Assembly (NCBI RefSeq): GCF_009914755.1 | Contig: NC_060928.1 | Strand: one strand, 5' to 3' | DNA length: 64,000 bases | From: the human T2T-CHM13v2.0 reference genome, Homo sapiens | Part shown: positions 31,371 through 46,392 of the stretch, in pieces | How positions within the stretch are numbered: position 1 is the stretch's first letter | How the letters are laid out: the number at the start of each line of letters is the position of its first letter | Notes under the pieces: generated by a model | The model's input: only the letters and a program-made list of their open reading frames with translations | Database searches by the model: none | Told to the model about the DNA's origin: nothing | Made by a program: the position numbers and the translations under genes

Positions 31371-32213
31371 GTATATCTGCGAAGTTGGCCTTAAAACAAT
31401 ACCTGGTACTCAGTAAAAGTTACTGATAACTATCTTCAGGGCTAATTTCACTTTTCACTGTTGTTTTCTAAGAAAGGTTTTACTGTACCAGTCACCAAGA
31501 AATGAAAAGTCTGCAACTTTTTGCAAAGTGTCTGAAATGAACTCAATGAGTTCATAACGTGCAAAGACCTACAAAGACTTCAATTAAAAGCACGGCTGTT
31601 CCCAACCCCAGAGAGAGGATTTATGAAGTCTGAGCTCTCCAGGCTGACTCCTGGGATTCTGCACTGTGCTCTCGGGGGAGGAGCATTTAACCACAGCATG
31701 GAGACCCAGAACACAAGGGCTCTGGGACCCCGGAACCCGGCCACCTCATTTCACGAATGAGTAAATCCAAGTCCTGAGAGCATTAGCCAGAGTTGTGACT
31801 AATAAGAAGGAAGCTCTGCCTTGAGGGAGTGGAGCTGGCACTGCAGGGTCCTGGGCCCTGTGTGAGTGAAGTCTGTCTTTAAAGAGTTTCTTTGGTAACT
31901 GCCCAACACTCAGGGAAATGGTCCCTGACCGACTGGAACTCAGTGTGTAATGCAAAGGTGAAGTAAATACAAAGAAACTCTCTGCCAAGATAGGCATGGT
32001 AATTGCAGAAGAGAAAACATTTTAGGTAGTTGTTCTAAAGAATTTGCTGTAAATTAGATATGATGAATTCCTACGGGGAGGAATGTATGTGCACAGAGCT
32101 GAGACATGAAAAAGGAGACCACAGTCAGCCACAGACTGGAATTAAGGCTAGAAACCTAACCCCAGAGCTGAGAAGGTATCTGAGGAGGAGACATCTCTCA
32201 GGCTAGACCTGAA

Positions 32214-32239
32214 GACAGACAGACAGACAGACAGACAGA
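32214..32239. repeat. (GACA)n microsatellite
   Basis: Read directly. Confidence 0.9.
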
Positions 32240-34559
32240 ATGAAGTGCTCCCTTGTGGCTTCTGCTCACAAGAAGGCAAAAAGTGGATGCTGTCATTGGC
32301 AAGCCTGTTCCAGAAGCATGTGTCATGTTCCTAAGATAGTCACTTCCCACCCGTTCTGCACATGGAGATTGGCAACTGTTCCTCAGTATTGGCTGAGCTG
32401 CGATTTTCAAAATGCAAGAAGATATGTTTCCCTTTGAAAGAAACAATTTGGCCCATGTAGACTTATGTGGTTGGATTTTGTTCCAAGTAGGTAACATACC
32501 CGTGTCTCTGTGCAATCATGTCTTACCCTGTGTGTACGTGGCCACCAGGAAAGACAGACAGGGAGAAACTGAAGGAAGCCCAGGAAGTCCAGAAACTAGA
32601 AACTATTCTGAGAGCGAGCATGACTGACCGACCCTGGTGATCACACAAAAACAAGGAGGGACCCAGAGGATGTTGCGAGGCAATGGATTCCCAAAATTCC
32701 AAGAGAAGCAACCGCAGGTGAGATCCTGTTGTGAAGCCTTGAGATGGTGACGGGGCAGAAGTATGCAGTGAACGGGAGACCTGAGTGTGGAGTCTGTGGT
32801 GGGGAAGGTCAGAGGGAAGAGGGGAGGACTTCGTATCATGCAGCCTACACAGCCTGCAGGCCATGATACCACGTCCCTGGGCTCTGCTGCACCGCAGACT
32901 TCTGCAGGCTTCCTCAAGTGGCCAGGGCTCTCACTCAGGGTCAAGTCAGGGCGGCAACTCCTGTGCTGTGTTGACTGCGGCTCATTACTGCCACCTGTGG
33001 GACAACTGGGACTGTCTTCTGAATGGACCTGGGGTGGGTCTAGTGATTTGAGGCCCTGCAGAAGTTTATTGATCCCAAATCTGAACTCCAACTGCAGATG
33101 GTAGCTCATCTCTTCACCTTCATATTCTGCTATTCTCTAAGTGAACTCCAGCTCCCCAGCTAGCCCCAGAACCTGGCTTTTAGAGCTGAACTCCAAGATT
33201 TCTTGTCTTCAGCTTGATGGATGAGGCCCATCAAAGAAAGGGAAGTGACTTGCCCAAGGTCTCCCGGGCTGGAAGCAGCAGAGACGGGTGAACAGTGGGG
33301 TCCTCTGTCCACAGTACTCATCCCACCACCTGCTACGGTCCCCTGACAAGCCACTGAGGTCAGGGTCCCCATGTGTATTTTTTTCATATCCCACAATACC
33401 TAGGTAAGTGCTAAGCAGATAACCAGTACTTAAGATCTCTCAATGAATTTTTTTCATCCAATGAGAAAATTTAGACTATCCAGAGAAAAAAACACCAAAA
33501 ATAATTAAAGCAACATGAGTTCTGTGAATTATAAAGGTAGAGGGAGTTGAGGTCAATTTTATCAGAGAGGGAATGGGTTATCTTAAAGTATTTGAATGAG
33601 TTGGGAAAATATCAACCAAGAGTTGCCCTTCTACAGGATATCAAAGAAGTAGAAGCTTTGGAATGATGAGGAGTATTTGCAGAACAGTAATGGTGAACTT
33701 CTTAAGAAAAAGAGATGTTAAAACAAGGAATCCTCTACCAAGGGTGCTGTGTGCTTTTTATCCACAGGGCAAAGGTTTAAAAACAGAGTGATCAGTTAAC
33801 TCTCCCTATGAACCTTCTTGTTTTAACAGAGATGAATGGACCAGAGACTCAGGTTTATTCTGTATCTAGGTTATAATTCCACATGCAAAACGCAATCTCT
33901 GTGAAACTTATTCCATGACAATGCAATACAGCTTCCCATTTCTCACATTGCTTTTGAAGGAGAGGATGGCAGTTCACACTTTAGCACATAAAACAGAACA
34001 CAATATTATGAATATTTTCACTTATTTACAATGTGACGTATCCCAGTGCTGGCCAAACCACTCTATCATAATTCTATGCAGCTTAATCTAGTGGGAAAGG
34101 GACTAGCTTGAACTAGCACATCCCCAAACTGGCTAGTACAGTTACTGAGCACTGGCCAAGCTCATCTCTACAGACATCTTTCAAAGAGAGAGGCCCACAA
34201 AGAACTCCATAGGAATGTGAAGGTGTTTTGCAGGCAATGCCACACCAACACATGCTTGAGTGCCACTGGGGAACCTCTGAGCTATCTGTGTCAATTTTGT
34301 CCCCAGTACTAACTTTTTAAGTTAAAAGATTTGGGGGAAAATGTTTTATAGGCACTACACTATTTACCCACAGCCTATCTCTTGGACAGTAAGAGTGCTT
34401 TAATGCCGTTAATGGCAGCAGGCCAGATTCTGTGGCAATCCCCATTTTTGGCAGTCCTTGTCACTCTCTCAATAACAACACGAACACTGGGGGGAGAAGC
34501 AGCAGAGGAACTCAAGGAGCATGCAAAGGAGCTATGTTTTCCTGTAAAATGGGGGCAGC

Positions 34560-34809
34560 TTTCTTTCTTTTTCCTTCCTTCCTTCCTTCTTTCGGACGAC
34601 TTCCTTCCTTCCTTCCTTCCTCCCTCCCTCCCTCCCTCCTTCCTTATTTTTTCTCTGTTTTTTTTTTTGTTTGTTTGTTTTTGTTTTTTTTAACAGAGAC
34701 AGGGTCTCACTATGTTCAGGCAGGTCTCAAACTCCTGGGCTCAAGCAATGCTCCCACCTCGGCCTCCCAGAGTGCTGGGATTACAGGCATAAGCCACCAT
34801 GCCTGGCTG
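34560..34809 (-). mobile_element. Alu monomer (FLAM-like, 34655-34809) with a (CCTT)n/pyrimidine tract (34560-34645)
   Basis: Single reverse monomer preceded by a homopyrimidine run. Confidence 0.85.
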
Positions 34810-35272
34810 CAATTTCCATTTTTACATTTATATAGAGCCTTGAGGTGAGTTTCTTTTTCTTTTTCTTTTTTAGCTAGTATAAAACCCCTGTGACTAAAGC
34901 TGAAGTCTTTTCAAGCAGGCCTCTGGAGGTTGAGAACAGACTGGGCTTTCACCAGGGGTACAAGGAAAGGAAGGCTGGTAAGATAAACTCAAGAGGCATC
35001 CTTTCCATTGTGGCTGAACCACTAAATAAGTCTGAACTGGCAAGTGCTTTACGTAAATGTGCTCCAGAGTAAAGAAAAAGGGACAGTAATTCATTCTACG
35101 TTAAGTAAAAAATCTACACAGGCACGCACATGCACTTACTAAATATAACCAGTGAAAAATTGTTTCAAGGCTTGTTTTGTCTATAAGAGGAGGCGACAAA
35201 CACCCCCATTAACATATAGGAACTTCTTTACACATGTCCTCACGGTCACCTATCTGGAAGTTACGTGAAAAC

Positions 35273-35313
35273 TTTCTCACATCATCAGGTGCATTTCTCA
35301 CGTCATCAGGTGC
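35273..35313. repeat. 21-bp tandem duplication
   Basis: tttctcacRtcatcaggtgc at 35273 and 35294. Confidence 0.9.
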
Positions 35314-35952
35314 TATCTACATTTTAATGCATCCTCATTAATAACCAGTTTATTGCCAGACATTTCCCACTTTAAATTTCTCTGGAAAAAAAGAAATCCA
35401 TGCTGCTTAATTTAAGCTACGACATACTGTAAAACACTGCTAACATCATGATTCCCAGGCTCAGAGAATGAGGTGGCCTTAGAAATGGTACACACTTGGG
35501 ACTGGGCTAAGCCCCACATTGCCTCTAGGTGACTCTGTCCACACAGCCGCCCAAACGGCTAACTCACCCCGACTGGCAGGACTGCTGGGACCCATTACAT
35601 GAAAATATTTTGAGGACAGTTTTGGAAGACAAAAATTATACTTGATGTTTAGAGTAGGCTGTAGATTATCAAAGCATCTCTACAACACGTCTTGTTTCAT
35701 CTTCGCAGCAACACCGTGAGGTTCCCAGACTAGGCAATAGCGTCATCCCATTTTACAGATGAGAGAAGCGAAGTCCAGAGAGGTTTAGCCACACGGCTCA
35801 TTGCTGACAGTAGGGGGCTAGAACCCAGGTATTGCTGCTCCTGCTTCATCATCTTTCCACTTGTACCACGGCCCTGCACTGGGGACAAAGATTCTCTGGC
35901 TGTTTTTTCCTCTTTTGTCATTCACTGGGAGTCAACTGCTCGGGTATGTCAT

Positions 35953-36309
35953 TAATATGGTTTGGCTGTGTCCCCACCCAAATCTCATCTTGAATTGTAG
36001 CTCCTATAATTCCCACGTATCATGGGAGGGACATGGTGGGAGGTAACTGAATCATGGGGGCGGATCTTTCCCATGCTGTTCTCATGATAGTGAGTAAGTT
36101 TCACGAGATCTGATGGTTTTATAAAGGAAGTTCCCCTGCACACCCTCTCTCTTTCCTGCTGCCATGTAAGATGTGCCTTTCGCCTTCTGCCATCATTGTG
36201 AGGTCTCCCCAGCCATGTGGAACAGTGAGTCCATTAAACCTCTTTTCCTTTATAAATTACCCAGTCTCGTGTATGTCTTTATTAGCAGCATCAGAACAGA
36301 CTAATAACA
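35953..36309 (+). mobile_element. THE1-family MaLR solo LTR (THE1B/C/D-like)
   Basis: atatggtttggctgtgtccccacccaaatctcatcttgaattgta...ttataaattacccagtctc...gactaata. Confidence 0.92.
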
Positions 36310-36482
36310 CACAAACACAAACCACACACATACACAAAACTGCATTTTCTCTTACCTCTCCATCTTTAAAACAGTTACATGTCTTTAGGTGAACCTGAGC
36401 TTAAGGAACAGAACTCCCACCACAACAACCCCACAGGGAATCAGGGGACCAAACCAAATGCAGGCTTTAAAGGGCAGGGCAG

Positions 36483-36791
36483 GGCCGGGCTGGACGCAGT
36501 GGCTCATGCCTGTAATCCCAGCACTTTGGGAGGCCGAGGCAGGTGGATCACCTGAGGTCAGTGGTTCGAGACCAGCCTGGCCAACATGGTGAAACTTCAC
36601 CTCTACTAAAAATATAAAATTAGCTGGGCATGGTGGCATGCACCTGTAATCCCAGCTAGTCAGGAGGCTGAGGCAGGAGAATCACTTGAATCTGGGAGGC
36701 GGTGGTTGCTGTGAGCCGAGATCACACCATTGCACTCCAGCCTGGGCAAAAACAGCAAAACTCCATCTCATAAACACAAAACAAAAAACAA
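36483..36791 (+). mobile_element. Alu (AluSq/Sx-like)
   Basis: Alu dimer. Confidence 0.92.
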
Positions 36792-38460
36792 GGCCAGGGA
36801 CGGGCTGACCTACACTGAGAGGAAGGGTAGCCCAGCAATGAAAAGCTTGGACTCTGGAACCAGACTGCCTGGGTTCAAATCTCAGCTCTGCCATTTAGCA
36901 GTGGAACAGTGATCAAGCCACCGAACCCTCTGTGCCTCGGCTCCCTCAACTCAAAATAAGAGACCCTCACAAGGCTTGTGGGAGAACAGAGCACTGTGAG
37001 GCTCGTGGCAGCATTTCCAGAAGTGGTGATAAAACTGAAAGACAGAAAACTGAACTTGTCCATAATGGCCTCACACCACCTTTTTGTATTTGTGCCCATA
37101 CATGCTAAATGCTCTATGAACATCGGCTAACATAATCATTATTGTACTACGGGGAAGAACACAGGCCTTAGAGCCTGCCTCCTTGGGTTCAAATTTCAGT
37201 TCACCCACATAATATATGTGTGATTTTAAGGAAGTTGTTTAGGTTCTCGGAATCCCAGTTTCTTCGTTTGTACAATGGGAATAATAACTTCATCTCCCCT
37301 GCGTGGTGGTTCTGAGAATCAGACAGATGCATGCAGAGCGACCAGCACACGGCTGGACCTGAAGAAATGTTCATTTCCTTCTCCATCCATCCTCTACTCT
37401 TGCCAAATGATGAAGGTCGACACTGGATGCCCATTCATTCCATTGTTTCTAGCTCTCAACCAAAACACGGTGAGATGCATAAGAATATCTGAAGAGAAGA
37501 GATGAGCCTGATGTAGCATTTTGCTTTATTTATTTAGTGACACTGGCCCACTGCATTGGTGAAGAGGAGAAAAAAACTAAGTACTTTCTACAAATACGCT
37601 CTAGGTTGCAATCTCATCTGAGCTCGTAACTGAAAAAAGCATGGCTCTCAGGAGAAGCACTTTTTGAGAAATCACATGCTTTCGGCTCTGGGTTCCATGT
37701 GTCATTTACACGGGTCCATTTTCCAGCTTTGCTAGAGACAAGGGTCGCTTGCAGTTCAACCTGACCATTGGTAATGTGGCTGGGGCAGAAAAGTGGGACC
37801 CTGGTGGAGACCTTTCTGCCCCTTCCTGAGCAGCGTGTCTGCCGAGAGAATGAGACCATCATGGATCGAAAGGGACACATATCCTATTGGTGCCAACAAC
37901 AGAGGGGGAACTAAGCATGTCTGGCTAGAGATCTGGGGTAGGAATGTGTGGATTCAACAACTAAATACACCTTTCATGAAGCGATCATTAGTCTGAGGGT
38001 CTCCTAAAGCTAAGTGAAATTATTTATGTGTTAGGGCTTAGTGAACTCATCTAACCGAACTGCTTCAACATGAAGCAACAGAAATCCAACTTGCAGTGCA
38101 GTTGCAAGCTACTTCTTCAATTCCAGCAGCACTGTAATTGTCATTCTTAAATGATATTAGCATTGTCTCTGCTGCATTATTTTGTTTCCTTCCCCAGTCT
38201 GACTGATCTACTACCCTGCTATGTATGTACTAGCTATTGAATACATACATGCCGAGTGAACAGATGAATCTACTGCAGACTGCTGTTGAGAGCTGCCACT
38301 CTTGGTGTCAGTTTAGAGTCTGAAAATGTGGAAGGCTGACTACTGAAATGATTTTCTTATAAGCACGAGTCAGAAGCAGAGGGAGAACTCAGACCTTGAT
38401 CTTTGTGACTTAGCTATAGGGCCTCACAATTGGATGAGATTTTAAATAGGAATCCTATAA

Positions 38461-38831
<371 letters not shown>

Positions 38832-38869
38832 TAATTGTTCTGTAGGAAAAACCATCAGTTCTCCATCAA

Positions 38870-39188
<319 letters not shown>

Positions 39189-40236
39189 TTAAACTGCAAA
39201 TAAAGCAGAAATGTTTTCATCACTATCTAAATACCAGTATCTGGCATTAAGCTCTCAGGCAGCAAGCCTGAGAGAACAAGTTCTGAGACGTGCTGGCTCT
39301 TTTCCAGATGGCCTTGGAATGCCAGCTTCAGGACCCCCAGGTCTCGACCAGCTGGCCTTCCTGGAGCACCCAGACCTGCTGAATGGATGTCCCGTGGCTA
39401 CTCCTGCCCGAGGCTGTTCAGTTCTGTGATTATTCATGGCCCAAAATTCTGTGCCAAGAACCCACCAGGCCAGGTTCACACACCTGCCGCTCTGGTGCCA
39501 TCAGGATGGCGGCTGCTGCCACCGCGGCTGGCTGGTGCCCATTTCCTCACCTGTTTCCTACCTCATTCCTTCAGGGGAAGAGGGAAGTCTGCCTTTCCTT
39601 CATTAGCTTTTCCAGGCATCTGCCCATCAGAGGGCGCAGCTGCCAAGAGTTAGACAACAATGCATCTTGTTTCAACAGCACCCTTCAAAACTCGGGGACT
39701 CACACACGGCTGCCAATTCCTCGACCGCTCATTCAGGCAAGTGTAGTGACCAGAAGTTAATAAGGGAAATAACACCGTGCTTCTGCCAGGAACACGGCAT
39801 TATGCTTGGCCGAGTTGGCAAATAAAGGGAGGAAAACAGTTTTAGAAACACAAAAGCTGTCCTCCGGGATAGGAGGCAAAATGAGCAGCCAAGGCCAATG
39901 GCAGTGAGTGTCTGCACCACTCAACGGAAAAGCAGGATGGACAAGGGTCAGGGAGCCTGGCTTCGGGTCCTGCTCTGCCACGACCAGCTGTGCAAGCTTG
40001 GGCAGGTTACTTTCTCTGCGCCTTCTGCTTTTCCTAAGGCTGGAATGAGATGATCCTTATTTTCCCCTTGTGAATGCCAACCTAAAAGCCATGCATGAGA
40101 GGCTGAATCTCATTCAGCCAGGACTTGATATATCCATCACTGGCTCTGGACCTTGGTTTCGTGATTCAACCATGTTGCTATTTTCTGCCCTGTACTGAAG
40201 GCACTAATTTTGAATGACTGAAATGTGGGAATGACA

Positions 40237-40746
40237 TGTTTGGCAGATTATACCTCCCAAAGATGACTGCATTAAAACCTCCCGTCCTATGCGCTCCTTG
40301 TAACGTGAACTTGCCACGTCTCATCAAGAAGTGGAGTCTGACAACTCTGAACAACAGAATACGGTGGAAGTGACATGCTGCCATTGCCAAGAAGAGCCTT
40401 TCCTCACCTGGTGGCTTCACCTTCCTGCTTCTTAGAAGCTGGACACCAGGTAAAAAGTACAACTGCCTACCCAGAGACCACACCATGAGAAGACCAAGCC
40501 ACATGGAGAGGCCCTGGAGGACGTGAGGAGGAGCACTGAGCCAGGAAGCAGGTTGGAGAAGAAGCCATCTTTGAAGAGGATCCTCCAGCTCCGGCCGCCC
40601 CCATGTGGATCAGGCAGGAACTGCACCGCCAAACCCTCCCCAGACTCTGGAACCCACTAAATCCTGAGCAAAATAAATAATTGTTTTAAGCTACGAAGTT
40701 TTGGTGCAGTTTGCTACATAGCACGCAGGAACAGATAACAGAAACA
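40237..40746 (+). mobile_element. MLT1G/H-like MaLR LTR
   Basis: aagccacatggagaggccc, gaagaagccatctt, ttgttttaagctacgaagttttgg...tttgctacatagca...ataacagaaaca. Confidence 0.75.
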
Positions 40747-41154
40747 ATGTTATCCACAGTATTGGGCAAATACAGATGGACCTCATCTTAACAGATCTGT
40801 TCCTAAAAGCATTTGCTGAAAATGAACACAAATTTACATATCAAATCATTTTCAAAGCTTCCACACTTACATTTTTTGAAAAGTATGGTGGCGGGGGGAG
40901 AGGGAATCACTAACTCCAGTGACAATTCAAATATACTTATTAGCTAAGGTATCGTCTCCTTCTGGGAAACCACCCGAGCCACCCCTTTCAACCAGCCATG
41001 GAATATGCCCCCGGAACAACCCCCATTCGTGACTCAGTAGCTCAGCTCCTGGTACAGTGCATTGAATTTGCTTGTTTCTTCTCCATTACTTGAAGGCAGG
41101 GGCCATATCCATTCCTTCTTGTAGTAGGAACAGTATAATGGCGAATGCATAAAG

Positions 41155-41402
41155 AATGCTTATTATGTGCTAAGGACTGTTCCAAGACCTTTACATGTAT
41201 ATTTATAGTGTTTATAGTATGTCAATTCAATGTTTATAACAGCCATGTGAGGTTGGCTCCATCATTACCCTCATTTTGCAGATGAAGAAACTGAGGCACA
41301 GAGGGGGTAGGTAACTTGCCCAAGGTCATCCAGCTGGTAAGCAGCAGAGCCTGGCTTTAAACCCGGGCAGTCTGGGTCCAGAGTCCATGCTCTTAACCAC
41401 AC
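41155..41402. mobile_element. MIR, well preserved
   Basis: ccctcattttgcagatgaagaaactgaggcacagaggggg...ttgcccaaggtca...ctcttaaccac. Confidence 0.85.
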
Positions 41403-42211
41403 CATACATTAAGTATGTATGCTCCTTTCGCACTTAGCATTCAATAAACGTCTCTGACTCAATGAATGAATCAACAGTGCAAATCAAACCCAAACTTCCA
41501 CACAGATCAGGATTTCTGAAAGAAACCTGTACCACGTGAATAAAAATCAATTATAAGAACTACATGCAGCTGTAACATCCCATATAAATGCTAAGTAATG
41601 ACAATGAATTTGCTACACAGACCAGAAATAAATCTGAATGAGAAAAGGTACTTCCCTACTACTTCCTGCTTATCTATTAGTGCTAATCTAGTCAGTAGCT
41701 GCTAATATAATTACTTCATGAAAATCTATGCTAATAGGAACCAAGGGAGGGCACAGATAAATAAAGCTCACAGATGAATATTGGAATCTCATGTCCATTC
41801 GCCATTCAGTTCAGAAAGCTCCGTCAAACCTACTACCCGATGGTTTGTTTCATCTCCTTCCTCTTCCTCTCCATCTGAGGTAAGTTATAACAAAAGAGTA
41901 AGGAGGCACACAAAGCTTTCACAAAATCCAGTGCCAATAAAAAAAGTTCCTGAGCAGCTGCGAACTGGTTGCAAATGGCCATAAAAGAACTAGAAGATAC
42001 TGCATAGAAAGACTATGTCTACTTCGCTGCAGAAGCTGCACAAAATTGGTGCCTTCTTTTTATCATGTTTCCAACTGTATAATGTTATTACTCCGTGTTG
42101 TTTGTAGACTGGCAGTATTGGTATCACCTGCAAACTTAACAGAAATGCAATTTCATGTCCCACCCCAGAGCAAATGAATCAGAATTTGCCCACAGGTACA
42201 GTAACGTGTGA

Positions 42212-42606
<395 letters not shown>

Positions 42607-43386
42607 CCAAAATGATCTTAAAGCTGAGAGAAGCGATAACTGGGAACAGGTGGGCGTGACACTTTCCTGGCCTTTGGAATCAAATGCATCTGTGTTTGAG
42701 TCCCTGTTCCATTAGTTACTAGCTGTGTGATAAATTGACGTCTTCTAAGCATCGGTTTCTTATCTACAATATGGAAACATAACTATAATGCCTTGTTTTT
42801 GCAGGAAAATTGCACGTAAGTGCCTGGCAAAGGGGAGGGCACACACACAGTGAGTGTTCAGGAAAGAAGAGCCAGCCCTGGTTCATGGCGCTCTCTCTTT
42901 CCTTCTCCAGACTTAAATACAGATCAGACTATTTCATCTCCAGATGCCACAGATCAGGGCTACTACATTTCATTTGAAATCTGAAATTTTCTCAGAACCT
43001 GAAATGACTTCTAATTTGATGACACATTCATTTGAAAGATGAGGACGCTGAAACCCAGAAAATTTAATCTCTGGGGCAGCACAATCTTCCTTACCCGTTT
43101 CCTTAATTATGTGTTTCAAAGAACAAGGTTCTAAAAACAGTACCAAAAACCTCTCCTGACAAATATATTGAAAATGACGTGTTATACACTGAGACAGAGA
43201 CAGCAGGATGGAGCGGTCAGAGGCCCAGAAGACCCATCTTCAAATGCCATCTCCACCAAGAACTAGTTGTTATCACAAATAACTCTATGACTCATTTTTC
43301 TCACCTCTAAAATAAAGGCCCATTAGATGGGCTCTAATGTTACTTCCAAGCAAAAGAAATTCTGATTCCAGATGAAATGTTGCCCC

Positions 43387-43682
43387 TCTTTTTTTTAGAG
43401 ACAGGGTCTCACTCTGTCACCCAGGCTGAAGTGCAGTGGCCGATCATGGCTCACTGTAGCCTCGACCTCCTTGGGCTCGAGTGATCTTCCCACCTCAGCC
43501 TCCCGAGTAGCTGGGACTACAGACGCATGCCACCACGTTAGGCTAATATTTGCATTTTTTGTAGAGACAGGGTTTCACCATGTTGCCCAGGCTGGTCTCG
43601 AACTCCTGGGCTCAAGAGATCTGCCTGCCTGAGCCTCCCTAGGTGCTGGGATTACTTAAAGCATGAGCCACCGCGCCCAGCC
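43387..43682 (-). mobile_element. Alu (AluJ-like)
   Basis: Reverse Alu; TSD ccctctt. Confidence 0.9.
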
Positions 43683-43712
43683 CCTCTTCTTTAAAGATGT
43701 AATTTTCAATAT

Positions 43713-43730
43713 TGTCCACCAGGTGGCAGA
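43713..43730 (+). promoter_or_regulatory. Strong CTCF-like motif TGTCCACCAGGTGGCAGA
   Basis: Matches the CCACCAGGTGGCAG core; occupancy unknown. Confidence 0.6.
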
Positions 43731-44157
43731 ACATCTCCTTTACAGAAGTCTGAGCGGAGTTACACAAAGGACAGAAAAGAACTCTGACAAAACGGTATAT
43801 ATATTTCAAAGCATTAAGTTTTCTACAATTTGATTGTAACTGGTTTTTATTTGAATGTTAATCAAGAATTTGGTCAGCCATGTGCCACGGGAAAAGGGCT
43901 AAATTCCAAATCTAAGATATTAAAGTAACATGAGCACAGCGGGTGATGGGGATTGAGAAGTGCAAGCTACCTGGCCGCCTAAAACGTGCCAAGGAGTTGT
44001 CTTCTTAACAAATGCGGCCTGAAGGGCAATCATCTACAAAAGCCTTGGATATAGAAAGTTTTAAAACATTTTCCATGGAAAAGTGGCGTAAAATAGAAAA
44101 AGAACTGACTGAAGAAAATGTCTAAGATTACAGAAGCAGATAGTTCTGAAGTTAAGG

Positions 44158-44280
44158 GGACTGGGCGCAGTGGCTCATGCCTGTAATCCCAGCACTTTGG
44201 GAGGCCGAGGCAGTGGGATCGCCTGAGGTCAGGAGTTCAAGACCAGCATGACCAACATGATGAAACAACATCTCTACTAA

Positions 44281-44335
<55 letters not shown>

Positions 44336-44505
44336 CAGCCAGGTGTGTTGACACATGCCTGTAATCCCAGCTACTTGGGAGGCTGAGGCAGGAGAATCGA
44401 TTGAACCAGGAGGCAGAGGTTGCAGTGAGCTGAGATTGCACCACTGCACTCCAGCCTGGGCAAGAAGAGCGACACTCTGTCTCAAATAAATAATTTTAAA
44501 AAAAA
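44158..44505 (+). mobile_element. Alu (AluS-like) with about (CA)24 in the central linker
   Basis: Left monomer, (AC)n at 44285-44333, right monomer. Confidence 0.92.
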
Positions 44506-44508
44506 TGT

Positions 44509-45112
<604 letters not shown>

Positions 45113-45211
45113 AAGTGCATAGAAAAATAAGAGGAAAAAACAGCCAGGAATGGAAAGAAAGAGAGTTTCAGAGGAAATGTCCTGTGTCTATGATAATTTA
45201 ATAAGGGGAAA

Positions 45212-45504
45212 TTATTTATTTATTTATTTTTGAGACAGAGTCCTTGCTCTGTCGCCCAGGCTGATGCGATCTCAGCCCACTGCAAGCTCTGTCTCCTGGG
45301 TTCATGCCATTCTCCTGCCTCAGCCTCCCAAGTAGCTGGCACTACAGGCACCCACCACCATGCCCAGCTAATTGTTTGTATTTTTAGTAGAGATGGGGTT
45401 TCACCATGTTAGCCAGGATGGTCTCGATCTCCTGACCTCGTGATCCACCCGCCGTGGCCTCCCAGAGTGCTGGGATTACAGGCCGTGAGCCACCGCACTG
45501 GGCC
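45212..45504 (-). mobile_element. Alu (AluY-like) with a short deletion
   Basis: Reverse Alu; TSD aataaggggaaatt. Confidence 0.9.
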
Positions 45505-45589
45505 AATAAGGGGAAATTTTAAAACTAGGGGGTAGTAGCTCACACACAATAAACTAAGATGAATAAATACAAATGACAAAGCCTAGAGT

Positions 45590-46198
45590 GAACTGATACG
45601 TGGACAAAGAGGAGTACTCTAGGATATTACTGATGGGATTATATGCTGCTGCAGGCTTTCTGGAAAGTAATTTTGCAATAAGTGACAGAAGCAATAAAAC
45701 CGATAGCCTTTGCCCCAGTAATACCAGTTTTAGCAACCTATACCAAAGCAATAATTTAAAAGAAAAAGAAGTCACCTATTTTTATGAAGTTGTAGCTCTG
45801 CTCTGTAGTGGGGGAAAAACTCCTCCTATGGATACTGGTGCCTAGACAGATTACGGTGCTATTAATTAAATGAAATATTACCATGGAATTAGGAGTGACC
45901 AGGCCGAGGACTACACAGAGGAGCATGTGAAATAATTTTTCAAGAGCTCACTACATGCAACACAGTCTCCTAGGCTGGGTCCTGGAACAGATTAAGGTTA
46001 TTAGTGGAAAAAATGAGAAAATGTGAATAAAGTTTATAGCAAATAATATGATATCAATATTAATGTCTTAGTTTTGACCGATGTACCATGATTATGAAGA
46101 AGTTAATATTAGGGAAAGTTAGGTGAAGGGGTCTAGGAGAACTCAATATTTGCAACTTTTCTACAAATCTGTAATTATTTCAAAATAAAAAGTTAAAC
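45590..46198 (+). mobile_element. Old L1 fragments (L1ME-like about 45590-45900; L1MC-like 3' end about 45950-46198)
   Basis: ctttctggaaagtaattttgcaata...; gtcctggaacag...ttgcaactttt...aaatctgtaattatttcaaaataaaaagtt. Confidence 0.6.
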
Positions 46199-46325
46199 AG
46201 GAGACTCAGAATTATATACAAACACACATATATGGCTATCAAGTACAAAGACTTTACTGCATAAAAATTTTGGTAGGTTCAAAAAACATTTTCAGAGTTA
46301 GAAAAAGACTTTGCTCTTTGGGGAA

Positions 46326-46362
<37 letters not shown>

Positions 46363-46392
46363 CGCGTGCGCGTATGCGTGTGTATGTGTGTG
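46326..46392. repeat. (TG)n(CG)n compound repeat, uninterrupted purine-pyrimidine alternation
   Basis: Read directly; 67 nt. Confidence 0.95.

Noticed and set aside
36200-36216. PRDM9 hotspot motif in the THE1 LTR
   Set aside because: The sequence reads tctccccagccat rather than CCTCCCTAGCCAC, so the motif is degraded at several positions.
36356-36363. 8-nt microexon-like ag|ATGGAGAG|gtaaga (minus strand)
   Set aside because: AAG acceptor, poor pyrimidine tract, frameshifting, no supporting motifs.
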